From IMG/VR virus record IMGVR_UViG_3300048598_000530, positions 28,439 to 92,438 of that record: 64,000 bases of DNA. One strand, given 5' to 3'. The DNA is from a virus. The position numbers were made by a program, and so were the translations under genes. Position 1 is the first letter of the stretch, and the number at the start of each line of letters is the position of its first letter. The notes under the pieces were generated by a model. It was not told where the DNA came from. It did no database searches and worked only from the letters and a program-made list of their open reading frames with translations. Positions 41,055-50,481 of this stretch are shown one piece after another.

Positions 41055-41585
41055 CTAGATACTAAAACCTGTAATAAGAGTTTCGCCCGTATGTTTGTTA
41101 ATACGATACTCTCGTTTGTAGATAGGTAGTGAAAAAAGCTTTGAACCTCGTTCTGTGAGATAAATAACTTCTTGATTACTTGAACCTTTCCATTGAGATT
41201 CACATTTCTTGTCAATGTCAAAAGGTCCTGAACAAAGAAAGTCAATAGAAGACAAGATATCTTTATATTTTGTTGATATTATGTCATATGAATAACCTGA
41301 GCATAAAAAAATATCTTTATATGCAAAAACTCTTTTTGTTAGCTCTAAAACAGAATCAAATTGGTCTAAAGGTTCACCACCAGTAATTGTCAAACTAAGA
41401 TCTGATTTTATGATTTGTGATGCAAGAGAATCTATATCTTGAAGATATCCAGCAGAAAAATCCCAAGTATCAATATTTATGCAGTTTTTGCAATGAATAC
41501 TACAGCCCTGTACCCATACAGTAAAACGTTCACCAGGACCTTGGACTTTACTTTTCTCAATAATATGGTTTAATCTTAAATTCAT
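41055..41585 (-). CDS. NrdG-like radical SAM (anaerobic RNR activase-like) protein
   Basis: WVQGCSIHCKNC (CxxxCxxC), TGGEP, LCSGPF, GSSNQ. Confidence 0.8.
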   Translation of the reverse strand: MNLRLNHIIEKSKVQGPGERFTVWVQGCSIHCKNCINIDTWDFSAGYLQDIDSLASQIIKSDLSLTITGGEPLDQFDSVLELTKRVFAYKDIFLCSGYSYDIISTKYKDILSSIDFLCSGPFDIDKKCESQWKGSSNQEVIYLTERGSKLFSLPIYKREYRINKHTGETLITGFSI

Positions 41586-41882
41586 TTACTCTAAAAAACT
41601 ATCAACTATTTTTATTATCTCTTCAATTAATTCTTTTTTCTTCATTGTTTTTGTAAAATCTTTTTCAGAAGTTTTTGTTCCTGGCAAAACAGATTTTACA
41701 ACTTCATAATTACTTTTCTTTTTCCAAACATCGAGAGTCATTGAACTATTTGATAAAGAAAAACATGGTTCTTCGATATGGCTAGATTTAGAAGATAAAA
41801 TTTGTTCAGCAATAAAAGATTCAAAATCAGAATCATTCATTGCATGAAGTTCTTCTGCGATTTTCTTTATGTTTTTTTTCAT
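41586..41882 (-). CDS. Hypothetical protein
   Basis: 98-aa ORF; MKKNIKKIAEEL. Confidence 0.5.
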   Translation of the reverse strand: MKKNIKKIAEELHAMNDSDFESFIAEQILSSKSSHIEEPCFSLSNSSMTLDVWKKKSNYEVVKSVLPGTKTSEKDFTKTMKKKELIEEIIKIVDSFLE

Positions 41883-42259
41883 ATTTTTTCAACTTTACTT
41901 AAAGGCACTTCATCCATAACAGAAATTGCATTTGACTGAACATGTGCTTCAACATTAGCTAAAGTCTGATCTGGTAAAATTACATCAAACCAAACTTTCA
42001 CTCTATCTTCTGTTCTGTCAGGTATGATTTCTTTAACGACTCCTTCAGAATTCATAGCCAATGCGCCATAAGTTTCTATTAACCTAACCCTATCATTAAC
42101 TGCTATTTCTATATCATAAATATAATCTGATGAATCAATATTTAAACAAACAGGTTGGTCGAGGACAGTAAATTGAATTGTGCCTCGACCATCAGACTCA
42201 ATGACAAGTTTAGCAGAATTTACGAGTATAGAAATCGGGTCGTTTAAAAGAACATTCAT
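41879..42259 (-). CDS. Hypothetical protein
   Basis: 126-aa ORF with ATGA overlaps. Confidence 0.5.
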   Translation of the reverse strand: MNVLLNDPISILVNSAKLVIESDGRGTIQFTVLDQPVCLNIDSSDYIYDIEIAVNDRVRLIETYGALAMNSEGVVKEIIPDRTEDRVKVWFDVILPDQTLANVEAHVQSNAISVMDEVPLSKVEKI

Positions 42260-42483
42260 CTCCTTGAACCAGGTCTTCTTTCACCATCAGCAATGCTCAG
42301 GTTCTTTTCTCTCTGACCACCAATAACACCCATATTGTAAGTGAAAACCATATTCACAGTTTCAACAATATGTCCAGGTGTCAACGGTACACTCGTTAAG
42401 CGACCACCCTGGTCGTTAATTTCGTACAGATCTTTTGGTGTTGCTACTCCTGCATCAAACATGATTTTTTGTTTAATACCCAT
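42256..42483 (-). CDS. Hypothetical protein
   Basis: 75-aa ORF, AGGAGG RBS. Confidence 0.5.
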   Translation of the reverse strand: MGIKQKIMFDAGVATPKDLYEINDQGGRLTSVPLTPGHIVETVNMVFTYNMGVIGGQREKNLSIADGERRPGSRR

Positions 42484-42539
42484 TTTATTCCTCCTTAAAG
42501 TTTTTTTGTCAAGACTTTTAAAGAAGATATAGATAAAAA

Positions 42540-43259
42540 CTATAGAAAATTACTTTCTTTTGTAACTAAATCTATAAGAACTTTCATGTTTCCTGTTTTT
42601 ATATTTTTCAAAAATCTTTTTTCTTTCTCTAAACGCTCTTCTGATTTTAACCAAATCTTATCTAAAATAATAAAATCATTATGTTTTAAAAAAGAAACCA
42701 TACCAATATTTGTACAATCATGTTCTATAACATAACATAAAAGTTTTGCATTGTCTTTTTTACATTCATAAAATAAATGTTTTTTAGAAACAAAAAACTC
42801 TTGATTGCAAAACTTAAAAGACTTAATTCCTGCACCATTGATTTTCACTTCTTCATTAGATAAATTTCTTGAAATATCAATTGCTTGCATTATAAAAAAG
42901 TCGTAAATGTTTCTGTTAAATTCTATTTCATTTGAGATTTTGATTAGACGCATACTTTCTAAAATAGAACTGCAATGCGTACAAGAACATAAATGCGTTA
43001 AAACAAGGTCTTTTTGATACTGAGGCATATAATCTAATTGTTTTTCTTTATTATCTGAATCAACAATTAGCATTTCTAAATATGGTTTTGTTATGTGTTT
43101 GTGCTCAAAAATATTTGAAATTAGCTCAGATTTACTTGCACATACTGGACAAACAAAAACAAACGTTTGTATATCTTCAAACCAAAAATTATCATCGACA
43201 TTGTATATAGATAAAGGTAAATCACATTGTTTGCATTTCATCTTTACCCCGAATACCAT
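42540..43259 (-). CDS. Hypothetical Zn-finger protein
   Basis: CKQC...CPVC and HxCxCxHC motifs. Confidence 0.5.
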   Translation of the reverse strand: MVFGVKMKCKQCDLPLSIYNVDDNFWFEDIQTFVFVCPVCASKSELISNIFEHKHITKPYLEMLIVDSDNKEKQLDYMPQYQKDLVLTHLCSCTHCSSILESMRLIKISNEIEFNRNIYDFFIMQAIDISRNLSNEEVKINGAGIKSFKFCNQEFFVSKKHLFYECKKDNAKLLCYVIEHDCTNIGMVSFLKHNDFIILDKIWLKSEERLEKEKRFLKNIKTGNMKVLIDLVTKESNFL

Positions 43260-43965
43260 ATTTTTTACTGAGAGAATCTTTTACATTTTTTGCTTCACTC
43301 GTTGTTGTTTTTTGAAATTCAATCAATGAAACAGGTCTTCTTTCTTTGGGTCTTGTGTGACTCGAACCGCAACCTTGATTATGATATTTTATTGCTTTTT
43401 CTATGTTTGATGTTGCACCAACATAGAATGTCTCGTCTTTACACTTTAAAACAAAAACAAAAAAGTCATTTTCAGAGAAACAATCGCTAGACATTACATT
43501 ACTTATTGTATTTTGTTCTATTGAAGGTGTAATTACTTCTGAGTTTTGAATTGTTTCTGGCATTAAAGGTAGTTGTTGAATAGTTTCAACTTCTGAAGTT
43601 TGTTGTATTGTTACTAAAGTAGAAACTTGTTCAAGAGGTTTTGTGTCTAATTCTGTCTGTTGTGAGACAGGTATAGTTGTAGGTGTAGTAATACCAACAT
43701 CTTGGAAAATTGAAACAAACTCAGTTTCTTTTGTTTGCGAATTGTTTTTTGCTAAACCATGAAGTTCAGCTTGAATTCCTAAAATTTTCGCACATTTCGA
43801 GCAAAGAAAAGTAGTGTTATTCACTTTAAGAATAGAGTTACCTATATCGTTTTGTTTGTATGCTTCTTGACATCCCCTTGTACAATAAACATATTTCTTT
43901 ATTTGATCACCGTCTCTATAAAAATATTTTCTCATAATTTGATTAATGTGGAAACTGAATTCCAA
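43222..43965 (-). CDS. Protein with a C-terminal GIY-YIG (UPF0213-like) nuclease domain
   Basis: FVFVLKCKDETFYVGATSNIEKAIKYHNQG...RPV. Confidence 0.7.
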   Translation of the reverse strand: MEFSFHINQIMRKYFYRDGDQIKKYVYCTRGCQEAYKQNDIGNSILKVNNTTFLCSKCAKILGIQAELHGLAKNNSQTKETEFVSIFQDVGITTPTTIPVSQQTELDTKPLEQVSTLVTIQQTSEVETIQQLPLMPETIQNSEVITPSIEQNTISNVMSSDCFSENDFFVFVLKCKDETFYVGATSNIEKAIKYHNQGCGSSHTRPKERRPVSLIEFQKTTTSEAKNVKDSLSKKYGIRGKDEMQTM

Positions 43966-44858
43966 GCTTTCTGTTTAAGAAGTAATGCGCTCCCCCAAAA
44001 TAAAGACTCAAGATGGTTTGAGACTCTTTCTAAATTATCTTTACCTTTTGACAACCTTTCGTAATCTATAAAATTAACAATAGAATTGAACCATGCCCAA
44101 GCAGAATCTGCTGATGATGGGAATGTAGTAATTTCTTTTTCGTATTGTGTTTTTATTTTTTCAAAAGTGTTTTTAGTTCTTGTAGAATCAAAACTGTAAT
44201 TTTCAAAACTATTTGAAAGAAATAAATCTACTTTTTTTGTGCTAAATTTCGATTTATATAAATTGTTCACTGCATCTTCAAATTTTTCATAAAAAATTTC
44301 TGATAATTTAAAAATCTTTGAAGCTTCATCTATTCTTGTTTTGACATTTCCTACATGACGCATTTGAATTCCCTGTTCAACTCTTTTTCCGAAAGAAATA
44401 TTCAATGCTGTCTCAGTTTTTGAACGTAAGGGAAAAAAATACGCTCTAATTGCACCTCTCCCATCATGAGCATTTGAAAATAAAATAAATTTTTGTATTG
44501 TATCGTTTGAAGGAAGTGAAATATCTTTGTTTAGTTTTAAAAGCAACCAAATTTTTTCACCTTTGCCTATATAACCAGCAGCATAAAATGTAGCATCACC
44601 TCGTTGAACTATATGATCTAAAAACGAAAAAACTTGCGTATTTTGAATACTTTTATATGTTGATGTTACAATACCTAAAGGTTGATTTGTATCTTTTCTT
44701 ACTATTGCAACTTTTCCGTCTATAACCTGACCATCTACAATTTGAATTTGTCGTGATTCGACTTCCCAAGAAAGATTTGCTTTTTGCATTGCTGCTAACG
44801 AAGTTTTTGTTGTTTTAGGAACAAAACTCCCAAAATTATACCAAATTTTTTTACTCAC
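43932..44858 (-). CDS. DUF932-family protein
   Basis: LSWEV...VRKDTNQPLGIVTSTYKSIQN...NAHDG...RHVG...AWAWFNSIVNFID. Confidence 0.8.
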   Translation of the reverse strand: MSKKIWYNFGSFVPKTTKTSLAAMQKANLSWEVESRQIQIVDGQVIDGKVAIVRKDTNQPLGIVTSTYKSIQNTQVFSFLDHIVQRGDATFYAAGYIGKGEKIWLLLKLNKDISLPSNDTIQKFILFSNAHDGRGAIRAYFFPLRSKTETALNISFGKRVEQGIQMRHVGNVKTRIDEASKIFKLSEIFYEKFEDAVNNLYKSKFSTKKVDLFLSNSFENYSFDSTRTKNTFEKIKTQYEKEITTFPSSADSAWAWFNSIVNFIDYERLSKGKDNLERVSNHLESLFWGSALLLKQKAWNSVSTLIKL

Positions 44859-44970
44859 TGTTGGTCCTTTTCTAACTATTTATATCTAAAACTATCTTTA
44901 TATCGTACTATTTTTTTAAACAACCAACAGATAATAAACGTACAACTAAAATACCAACAAGTGTTTTTTA

Positions 44971-45108
44971 TTATTCCCGAGATTCTTCGTCATCAAAATG
45001 TTCTTCAGAATCAAAACACAAACCATCTTCTGTTGTTCCAAACTTTTTTTCATCTTCATCGAAATCATCATCAAAAAGAAACTTATAAATATCATCTTCT
45101 TCTAACAT
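44971..45108 (-). CDS. Very acidic 45-aa peptide (not in the ORF track)
   Basis: MLEEDDIYKFLFDDDFDEDEKKFGTTEDGLCFDSEEHFDDEESRE*; GGAGG RBS upstream. Confidence 0.65.
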   Translation of the reverse strand: MLEEDDIYKFLFDDDFDEDEKKFGTTEDGLCFDSEEHFDDEESRE

Positions 45109-45237
45109 AAACATACCTCCTTAAAAAAAAGATATAAAGTATAGAAAAATCTAGCCACTGATAGACAAAATTTTGCATTGTGTTTATTATTGTCTTAATT
45201 TAAAATTAATTGATATTAGATTTCATAAAGAGATAAA

Positions 45238-45519
45238 ATGACACAGATTAATAATGTAAAAGATATCAGTGTTTCTTCATTTAAAACATCTTGCTGCTTC
45301 ACAGGCGCGCTCCTTGACGATTCTCTAGAGCAAAAGCTAATACCAATAAAAAAACGTTTAGTAAAACGAGCTTTACGTCAATATAAAACAATTTCAGCAT
45401 GTACACCAATTTGCTTTCAAGTTTATGAACAAAAACTTTTGTTCTGGTTCAATAGCAACGAAACCACAAAAACTCTTTCTCAATCAATTAACGAATCTAT
45501 CGCTATTTCGACTTATTAA
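45238..45519 (+). CDS. Hypothetical protein
   Basis: First ORF of a three-gene plus-strand island. Confidence 0.4.
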   Translation: MTQINNVKDISVSSFKTSCCFTGALLDDSLEQKLIPIKKRLVKRALRQYKTISACTPICFQVYEQKLLFWFNSNETTKTLSQSINESIAISTY

Positions 45520-45557
45520 AAATAGAAACTTGATTAAAAAAGTTTTAAAATTAAAAC

Positions 45558-46310
45558 ATGAAATGTACATCATGTAATTGGATAGGAAGTAGAGGCGAAT
45601 TAGTCATAGATAGACGTCTTGGTCAAAACTGTTTAGACGAGAATTTCTTTAAACTTACAAACTGGAACTGTTGTCCAAGATGTAATCGGACTTTAATAGT
45701 AAAAGATTCACATAATGAAATAAGTTTAGCTTTCAACAATTCTGTGTTTTGTATTGACTCTCCCTTACACAATAAACCAACTCATATTCATTTATGCAGG
45801 ATTTTAGATTTTTCTGTCTCACCTTTTGGTATTTCGTTTTTAGGTTATAAAACACCTGCACATTTAGCACAAACTTTTAAACTAACTGTACTTTTAAACG
45901 GATTCGAAGATCATAAATTTGAATCTTTAATAATTTTAAAAATGCTTTATGAAGCTCATAAAAATAAATATCGTTGTGTAAGCAAAGACTATAATGGCTA
46001 TAAATTGTTTGGAAATGAAGGAGGCATACCTTCAGGCATATATCCTTTTATAAAGTGCTCCTTTTGTGCAAGATACTATGAATACACAACAAATCAAAAA
46101 AATGGTTGGCCCTTATCTATTGCTGAAATAGAAAAAATCAAAACAAATAAAGTACGAAAACTTTTAGACTCTGTATCTCCTCGAAGTAATAACAAGTTTT
46201 CAATGTTGTTTGGTTCTAAAGAAATTGAAGAAGAACAAACAATTTGTTGTTGTAATGAAATCTCTAACACATTAGATTGTGCATTTCACAAACCTACAAA
46301 GTTACAATAA
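45558..46310 (+). CDS. Hypothetical Cys-rich protein
   Basis: 250 aa with several CxxC motifs. Confidence 0.55.
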   Translation: MKCTSCNWIGSRGELVIDRRLGQNCLDENFFKLTNWNCCPRCNRTLIVKDSHNEISLAFNNSVFCIDSPLHNKPTHIHLCRILDFSVSPFGISFLGYKTPAHLAQTFKLTVLLNGFEDHKFESLIILKMLYEAHKNKYRCVSKDYNGYKLFGNEGGIPSGIYPFIKCSFCARYYEYTTNQKNGWPLSIAEIEKIKTNKVRKLLDSVSPRSNNKFSMLFGSKEIEEEQTICCCNEISNTLDCAFHKPTKLQ

Positions 46311-46611
46311 AATGTCATCTACAATGTTATTTAAAAATATGAAGATAGGTCAATTATTCTATTGCTTTGGCGATGAAGTTCTAAATTATAACTATCCTAA
46401 AATTTGTTTGATGATCAAGCGCGATGAAAAAAGTGCTACAGAATTAGATGATCATTGGGAAAATCAATGTTTTGGTTGTTCTACATTAATGGATGAAAAT
46501 GAAAAATGTGATGTTTTTGATGAGAAAGATATTGAGAATATTGAAGAACATGATCTTATTAAGAAAAATATAGCTTCTTTGTATGCTAGATATCTAAAAT
46601 TCAAAACTTAA
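46279..46611 (+). CDS. Hypothetical protein
   Basis: 110-aa ORF; true start possibly downstream. Confidence 0.45.
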   Translation: MHFTNLQSYNKMSSTMLFKNMKIGQLFYCFGDEVLNYNYPKICLMIKRDEKSATELDDHWENQCFGCSTLMDENEKCDVFDEKDIENIEEHDLIKKNIASLYARYLKFKT

Positions 46612-46650
46612 CTATGATAACGAATTTTCTATCATAGTTAAGCAATTGAA

Positions 46651-47532
46651 TCAGTACAAATTATTTTTCAAAGCATACTCATAAACATTCATATCCATAT
46701 ACTTCCTTATTTCAACATATTGTTCTTCAGTAAGTTTATGTTCTCTTACAAGATCGCGTAAATAGGTGGAAGAAATACACACAGGAGGATCATCAGGATC
46801 AAGGTATCTATGAGGAGCTTGTAAACACCAGTCAGCTTTAAATTCTACAGCTTGACGCTTTACTACAACAAAAGGCACCATTTTTAGCAAATCTTCATAG
46901 TTTGACCATTGCTCTATAGTATTTGCATTATCAAGACCAATAATCAAACTAAAAGAGTATTTATCTTTGAATTCTGCATCATTCATCAGTTTTTTCATAA
47001 AATGATACGTTTCGCCTTGAAACTCATTTTTTATTTCATAATCAAAGATCTTAATGCGTGCATCAGCTTTTGCAGCAATCCTACACATCTCTAAACGATG
47101 CTGCGCATCAGTAAGTTTTTTGCCATATAAATGCTGAAAACAAGGAGTAATCCATACTTCATCATAATCGCTGCTATGATTCAAAACAATTTTAGAAACA
47201 CTAATATGACCATTATGGATCATATCAAATGCTCCTCCATATATTGCAACTCTACGTTTTCTTCCAAGTGTATGGTATTGCTTTTTCCGTCTATTTATTT
47301 TTATTAGGGTCTCTTGAACGACTTCTTCTACAGTCCATCCATTTTCAGAACATGATTGAATCGCAGAACATAAAAGATCGCCTGTCTCTTCTTTCAAACC
47401 TCTGATATCGACGCTTCTTGTAAGCTCAATGGCTTCATTAAGAATATCAGCATGTCTTTCACGTAATGAACTGTGTCCAAAAGCATCTACGAAAACATCG
47501 TTCACACTCTTTTGAAGATCATTAGTATCCAT
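46651..47532 (-). CDS. nadD: MazG-like NTP pyrophosphohydrolase domain fused to a nicotinate/nicotinamide-nucleotide adenylyltransferase
   Basis: N-terminal EAIEL...EETGDLL (MazG ExxE...ExxD); C-terminal YGGAFDMIHNGH, IIGLDN, ISST. Confidence 0.8.
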   Translation of the reverse strand: MDTNDLQKSVNDVFVDAFGHSSLRERHADILNEAIELTRSVDIRGLKEETGDLLCSAIQSCSENGWTVEEVVQETLIKINRRKKQYHTLGRKRRVAIYGGAFDMIHNGHISVSKIVLNHSSDYDEVWITPCFQHLYGKKLTDAQHRLEMCRIAAKADARIKIFDYEIKNEFQGETYHFMKKLMNDAEFKDKYSFSLIIGLDNANTIEQWSNYEDLLKMVPFVVVKRQAVEFKADWCLQAPHRYLDPDDPPVCISSTYLRDLVREHKLTEEQYVEIRKYMDMNVYEYALKNNLY

Positions 47533-47541
47533 TTTACTTCC

Positions 47542-47970
47542 TTAGAGATTATGTTTAGAATTAACTAGACTGTCAAAGAATGAATTTAAGATAGACCAAT
47601 CAGTTTCAGGCTCAAAACCCGCACGATCATCAAACAAAACATTAAAATAAAACTTCTTTGAAAAATCTCCAGTCTTATTACTTTTACACTCGGGATTTGC
47701 ATTCAAATGCTTAAAAACAATATCGTTTTGCAAACACCATGCAAAAAAAGGTGCAAGATCTTTTTCATAAGATGAAGTAAAAAGAATTAATGTAATATCT
47801 GGAATTTTTGAAAGCTTTTGCAAAACTTCTTTCGCAAAAGGGTAAACTTTAATCTCATTGCCTGTGTATCTTTCAATAACAGTTCCATGAAGATCGACAG
47901 CAAAATAAAGCATTTCCCAGTTTCGCTGTTTCTTTTCTTCGTACGCTGTCAAAACAGATTTTAATATCAT
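47542..47970 (-). CDS. HAD-superfamily protein
   Basis: AVDLHGTV, LILFTSS, VLFDDRA motifs. Confidence 0.65.
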   Translation of the reverse strand: MILKSVLTAYEEKKQRNWEMLYFAVDLHGTVIERYTGNEIKVYPFAKEVLQKLSKIPDITLILFTSSYEKDLAPFFAWCLQNDIVFKHLNANPECKSNKTGDFSKKFYFNVLFDDRAGFEPETDWSILNSFFDSLVNSKHNL

Positions 47971-47977
47971 AACTTAC

Positions 47978-48391
47978 CTACGATTTTGTTGGCCAAACGT
48001 ATTCTAAATCTATAGACTCTGTCCAACCAAACTGCTTATAATAATCAAACTTCTTTCTTAGCAAATTACTACGATGAGAAGCATGAAAATTATCATCACC
48101 TAACCATGATGGATAAATAACGCTCTCAACTTCATTAATTGCCATAGTATTATTGTATCCTCGTTCAATCCATTCTTGGATACAAACATTCATATACTCT
48201 TTTAGTGCTGCTTCGTAAGTCTCCCATTGAAGCACAACAGGATGATTCACCCAACCTCTTTTAATGTTTTGTTTTCTAGCTTCAAGAGCAATTAAAATTT
48301 GCTTACATTCTACTCTTTGTTTACCTAAACGTCTATAATCTAAACATTTTGCTGATTTAACAAAATCAGAATAAGGTAAGAAAGTTTGCAT
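47978..48391 (-). CDS. Pyrimidine-dimer DNA glycosylase-like (DenV/MSMEG_6728 family) protein
   Basis: MQTFLP...LDYRRLGKQRVE...NHP...SHRSNLLRK...YVWP. Confidence 0.8.
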   Translation of the reverse strand: MQTFLPYSDFVKSAKCLDYRRLGKQRVECKQILIALEARKQNIKRGWVNHPVVLQWETYEAALKEYMNVCIQEWIERGYNNTMAINEVESVIYPSWLGDDNFHASHRSNLLRKKFDYYKQFGWTESIDLEYVWPTKS

Positions 48392-48464
48392 ATCTTAGTT
48401 TCTAAAGAAAAAACAAAACAAGCTAGACACAAAACATTGACATTTTTTCAAAACTAGTTTTTAG

Positions 48465-48716
48465 TTAACGTCTTGGAGAGTTTTCTCTTTCTCTAGCAGG
48501 AGTCACAGTGATGCTACGACCATTCATAGAAGTATTATTAGCAGACAATGCACTATCTGAATTAGCCATCTCAACAAAACCAAAACCGCGTGATCTTCCA
48601 GTGTCTCTGTCTTGAATAATTCTCACTGAAGCAACAGGGCCATACTTCTCAAAAAATGCTTTCAGTTCGTCTTCAGAAGTTTGAAACGGAAGATTACCTA
48701 CATAAAGTTTACCCAC
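48465..48716 (-). CDS. RRM (RNP-1) RNA-binding protein
   Basis: RNP2 LYVGNL and RNP1 RGFGFVEM. Confidence 0.92.
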   Translation of the reverse strand: MGKLYVGNLPFQTSEDELKAFFEKYGPVASVRIIQDRDTGRSRGFGFVEMANSDSALSANNTSMNGRSITVTPARERENSPRR

Positions 48717-48850
48717 AAGAAACCTCCATATAAAAAAATAAAAACTCCAAACAATAGGAGTCGAGTTTTGTAATTATATATCTGCGCACGTGTTGTTTGA
48801 TTTTTTTTATTGATGAAGCATACAATAATACTTGTATCGTCTTAAAAAAA

Positions 48851-48924
48851 TACCCTGGGAGAGAATTGAACTCCCAACAGCAAAATTAGAAATTTTGTAC
48901 TCTATCCATTTGAGTTACCAGGGC
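48851..48924 (-). tRNA. tRNA-Arg(UCU)
   Basis: GCCCTGG/CCAGGGT acceptor, loop TTTCTAA, TTCAATT T-loop; CCA not encoded. Confidence 0.9.
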
Positions 48925-48972
48925 AAGATATTGAATTATATTATTGTCTCTGCATTATTGTCACAATATGTA

Positions 48973-50022
48973 TCATGTAATTTCTTTGATAACTTTATGC
49001 TTATTACTCCACAAACTATTCTGTTTCAAGACTGTAACAATTACTCTTTCATAAACATTACATCTTTTAGCAAGTTCTTCAATCGAGATAAAATATTTAT
49101 GAAATTCTTTAATTATTTTATTTATTATTTGTTTGTTTCTTATTTTTGAACATGCTAAAGTGTGTCTTTTAAATGTCGATTCATTATGTAAAACTTTTCC
49201 ACAAACACAAGTCTTTCTAGTTATACATTCGTTTGGAAAATGCTTATTAAAAAATCTCTTGACAAAATGTTTTGTTTTCTTCCATTTTTTTGATAGTTTT
49301 AAACTAATATTATCGCTACCTAAAAATAAACTTGCATCATTTAAGTATTTGTCTAATTTACTCTTAACTTTGCTTTCTTTAAATTTCAATTCTTTTAACT
49401 TTTTTTCTTGTTCAACTTTAAGACGTCTACATTGATACAAAGTATAATCTTCAACACAAATTTCAGTTTGTTTTGTATTAGACAAAATTTTTAAAATTTG
49501 TTTTATTCTTGTTTTAGGTGTTTTAATAAAATCTTTCCAAACTATACGTAATACTTTTACACCTTGTTTATTTATATACAAATCTTTTTTTGTATCGAAA
49601 TTTTTTCTTTTTTCATGTTGTTTCCCATCAATTTCAACAGCTAGTTTTAATTTAAAAAAATAAAAATCAACACGATAAAAACTAAAAGGAAATTCTCTAA
49701 AAAAATCTTTATCTTTTTCATAACCATTATTAATTAAAATTTTTTCAAAAAACTCTTCAGCATAAGAAAATCTATTCCAACCCTTTGATCTTCCTATCAT
49801 TATCTCAGATTGTGTTCTTTGAATGTCTTTAAGAATTTCATCAAGTTTTGCTTTTGTACACCATTTTTCTTTGTAAAGTTGTTTTTTTGTTGCTCCCTCA
49901 AGATATCTTTTTCTTACTTCATTTATTTTTATTTGCTCAATACAAGCTTTAAAATGTCTAGAATAACTTGATATGCGAATTTCTTTACCACATTTTTCAC
50001 AATTTTTATAATTCATAAGCAT
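48973..50022 (-). CDS. DUF559/Vsr-like endonuclease with Zn fingers (putative homing endonuclease)
   Basis: REFPFSFYRVDF...AVEIDGKQH. Confidence 0.75.
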   Translation of the reverse strand: MLMNYKNCEKCGKEIRISSYSRHFKACIEQIKINEVRKRYLEGATKKQLYKEKWCTKAKLDEILKDIQRTQSEIMIGRSKGWNRFSYAEEFFEKILINNGYEKDKDFFREFPFSFYRVDFYFFKLKLAVEIDGKQHEKRKNFDTKKDLYINKQGVKVLRIVWKDFIKTPKTRIKQILKILSNTKQTEICVEDYTLYQCRRLKVEQEKKLKELKFKESKVKSKLDKYLNDASLFLGSDNISLKLSKKWKKTKHFVKRFFNKHFPNECITRKTCVCGKVLHNESTFKRHTLACSKIRNKQIINKIIKEFHKYFISIEELAKRCNVYERVIVTVLKQNSLWSNKHKVIKEIT

Positions 50023-50033
50023 CTTATTAAAAA

Positions 50034-50105
50034 TACTCCTGCCAGGAATTGAACCTGAATCTTGCGATTCGTAATCGCGTACTTTATCCTTTAAGCTACA
50101 GGAGC
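50034..50105 (-). tRNA. tRNA-Arg(ACG)
   Basis: GCTCCTG/CAGGAGT acceptor, loop TTACGAA. Confidence 0.9.
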
Positions 50106-50110
50106 GAAAA

Positions 50111-50182
50111 AGCGGTAGAGCAGATTCGAACTGCTGACATCTTCTTTGGCAAAGAAGGATTCTACCTCTGAACTACTACCGC
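50111..50182 (-). tRNA. tRNA-Gly(GCC)
   Basis: GCGGTAG/CTACCGC acceptor, loop TTGCCAA, U73. Confidence 0.9.
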
Positions 50183-50481
50183 ATAACTTGTCGTTTTTCG
50201 TTTGCTAATTTATTTACATACAAATCAACTGCATTGTGACCCAAAATTCTTTTTGATTCGAATTCATCATAATTTTGATCTGCAACTTCTATTAACCACG
50301 GATACGTTTTAATAATTTTCATTAAAATTAACAACTCAGGACTTGGATCTTCAGTACTTAATGAACCCATTTGAAGATCAAGTGCTCTTTCAACACTCGC
50401 TTGTGTATATCCGTAATTTGCATTCAATTCAACTAAAAATTCTTCTATAAATGTCATATAAACTTTCATAAAAATAAGCAA
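50176..50481 (-). CDS. Hypothetical protein between tRNA genes
   Basis: 101-aa ORF; exact start uncertain. Confidence 0.5.
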   Translation of the reverse strand: MLIFMKVYMTFIEEFLVELNANYGYTQASVERALDLQMGSLSTEDPSPELLILMKIIKTYPWLIEVADQNYDEFESKRILGHNAVDLYVNKLANEKRQVMR

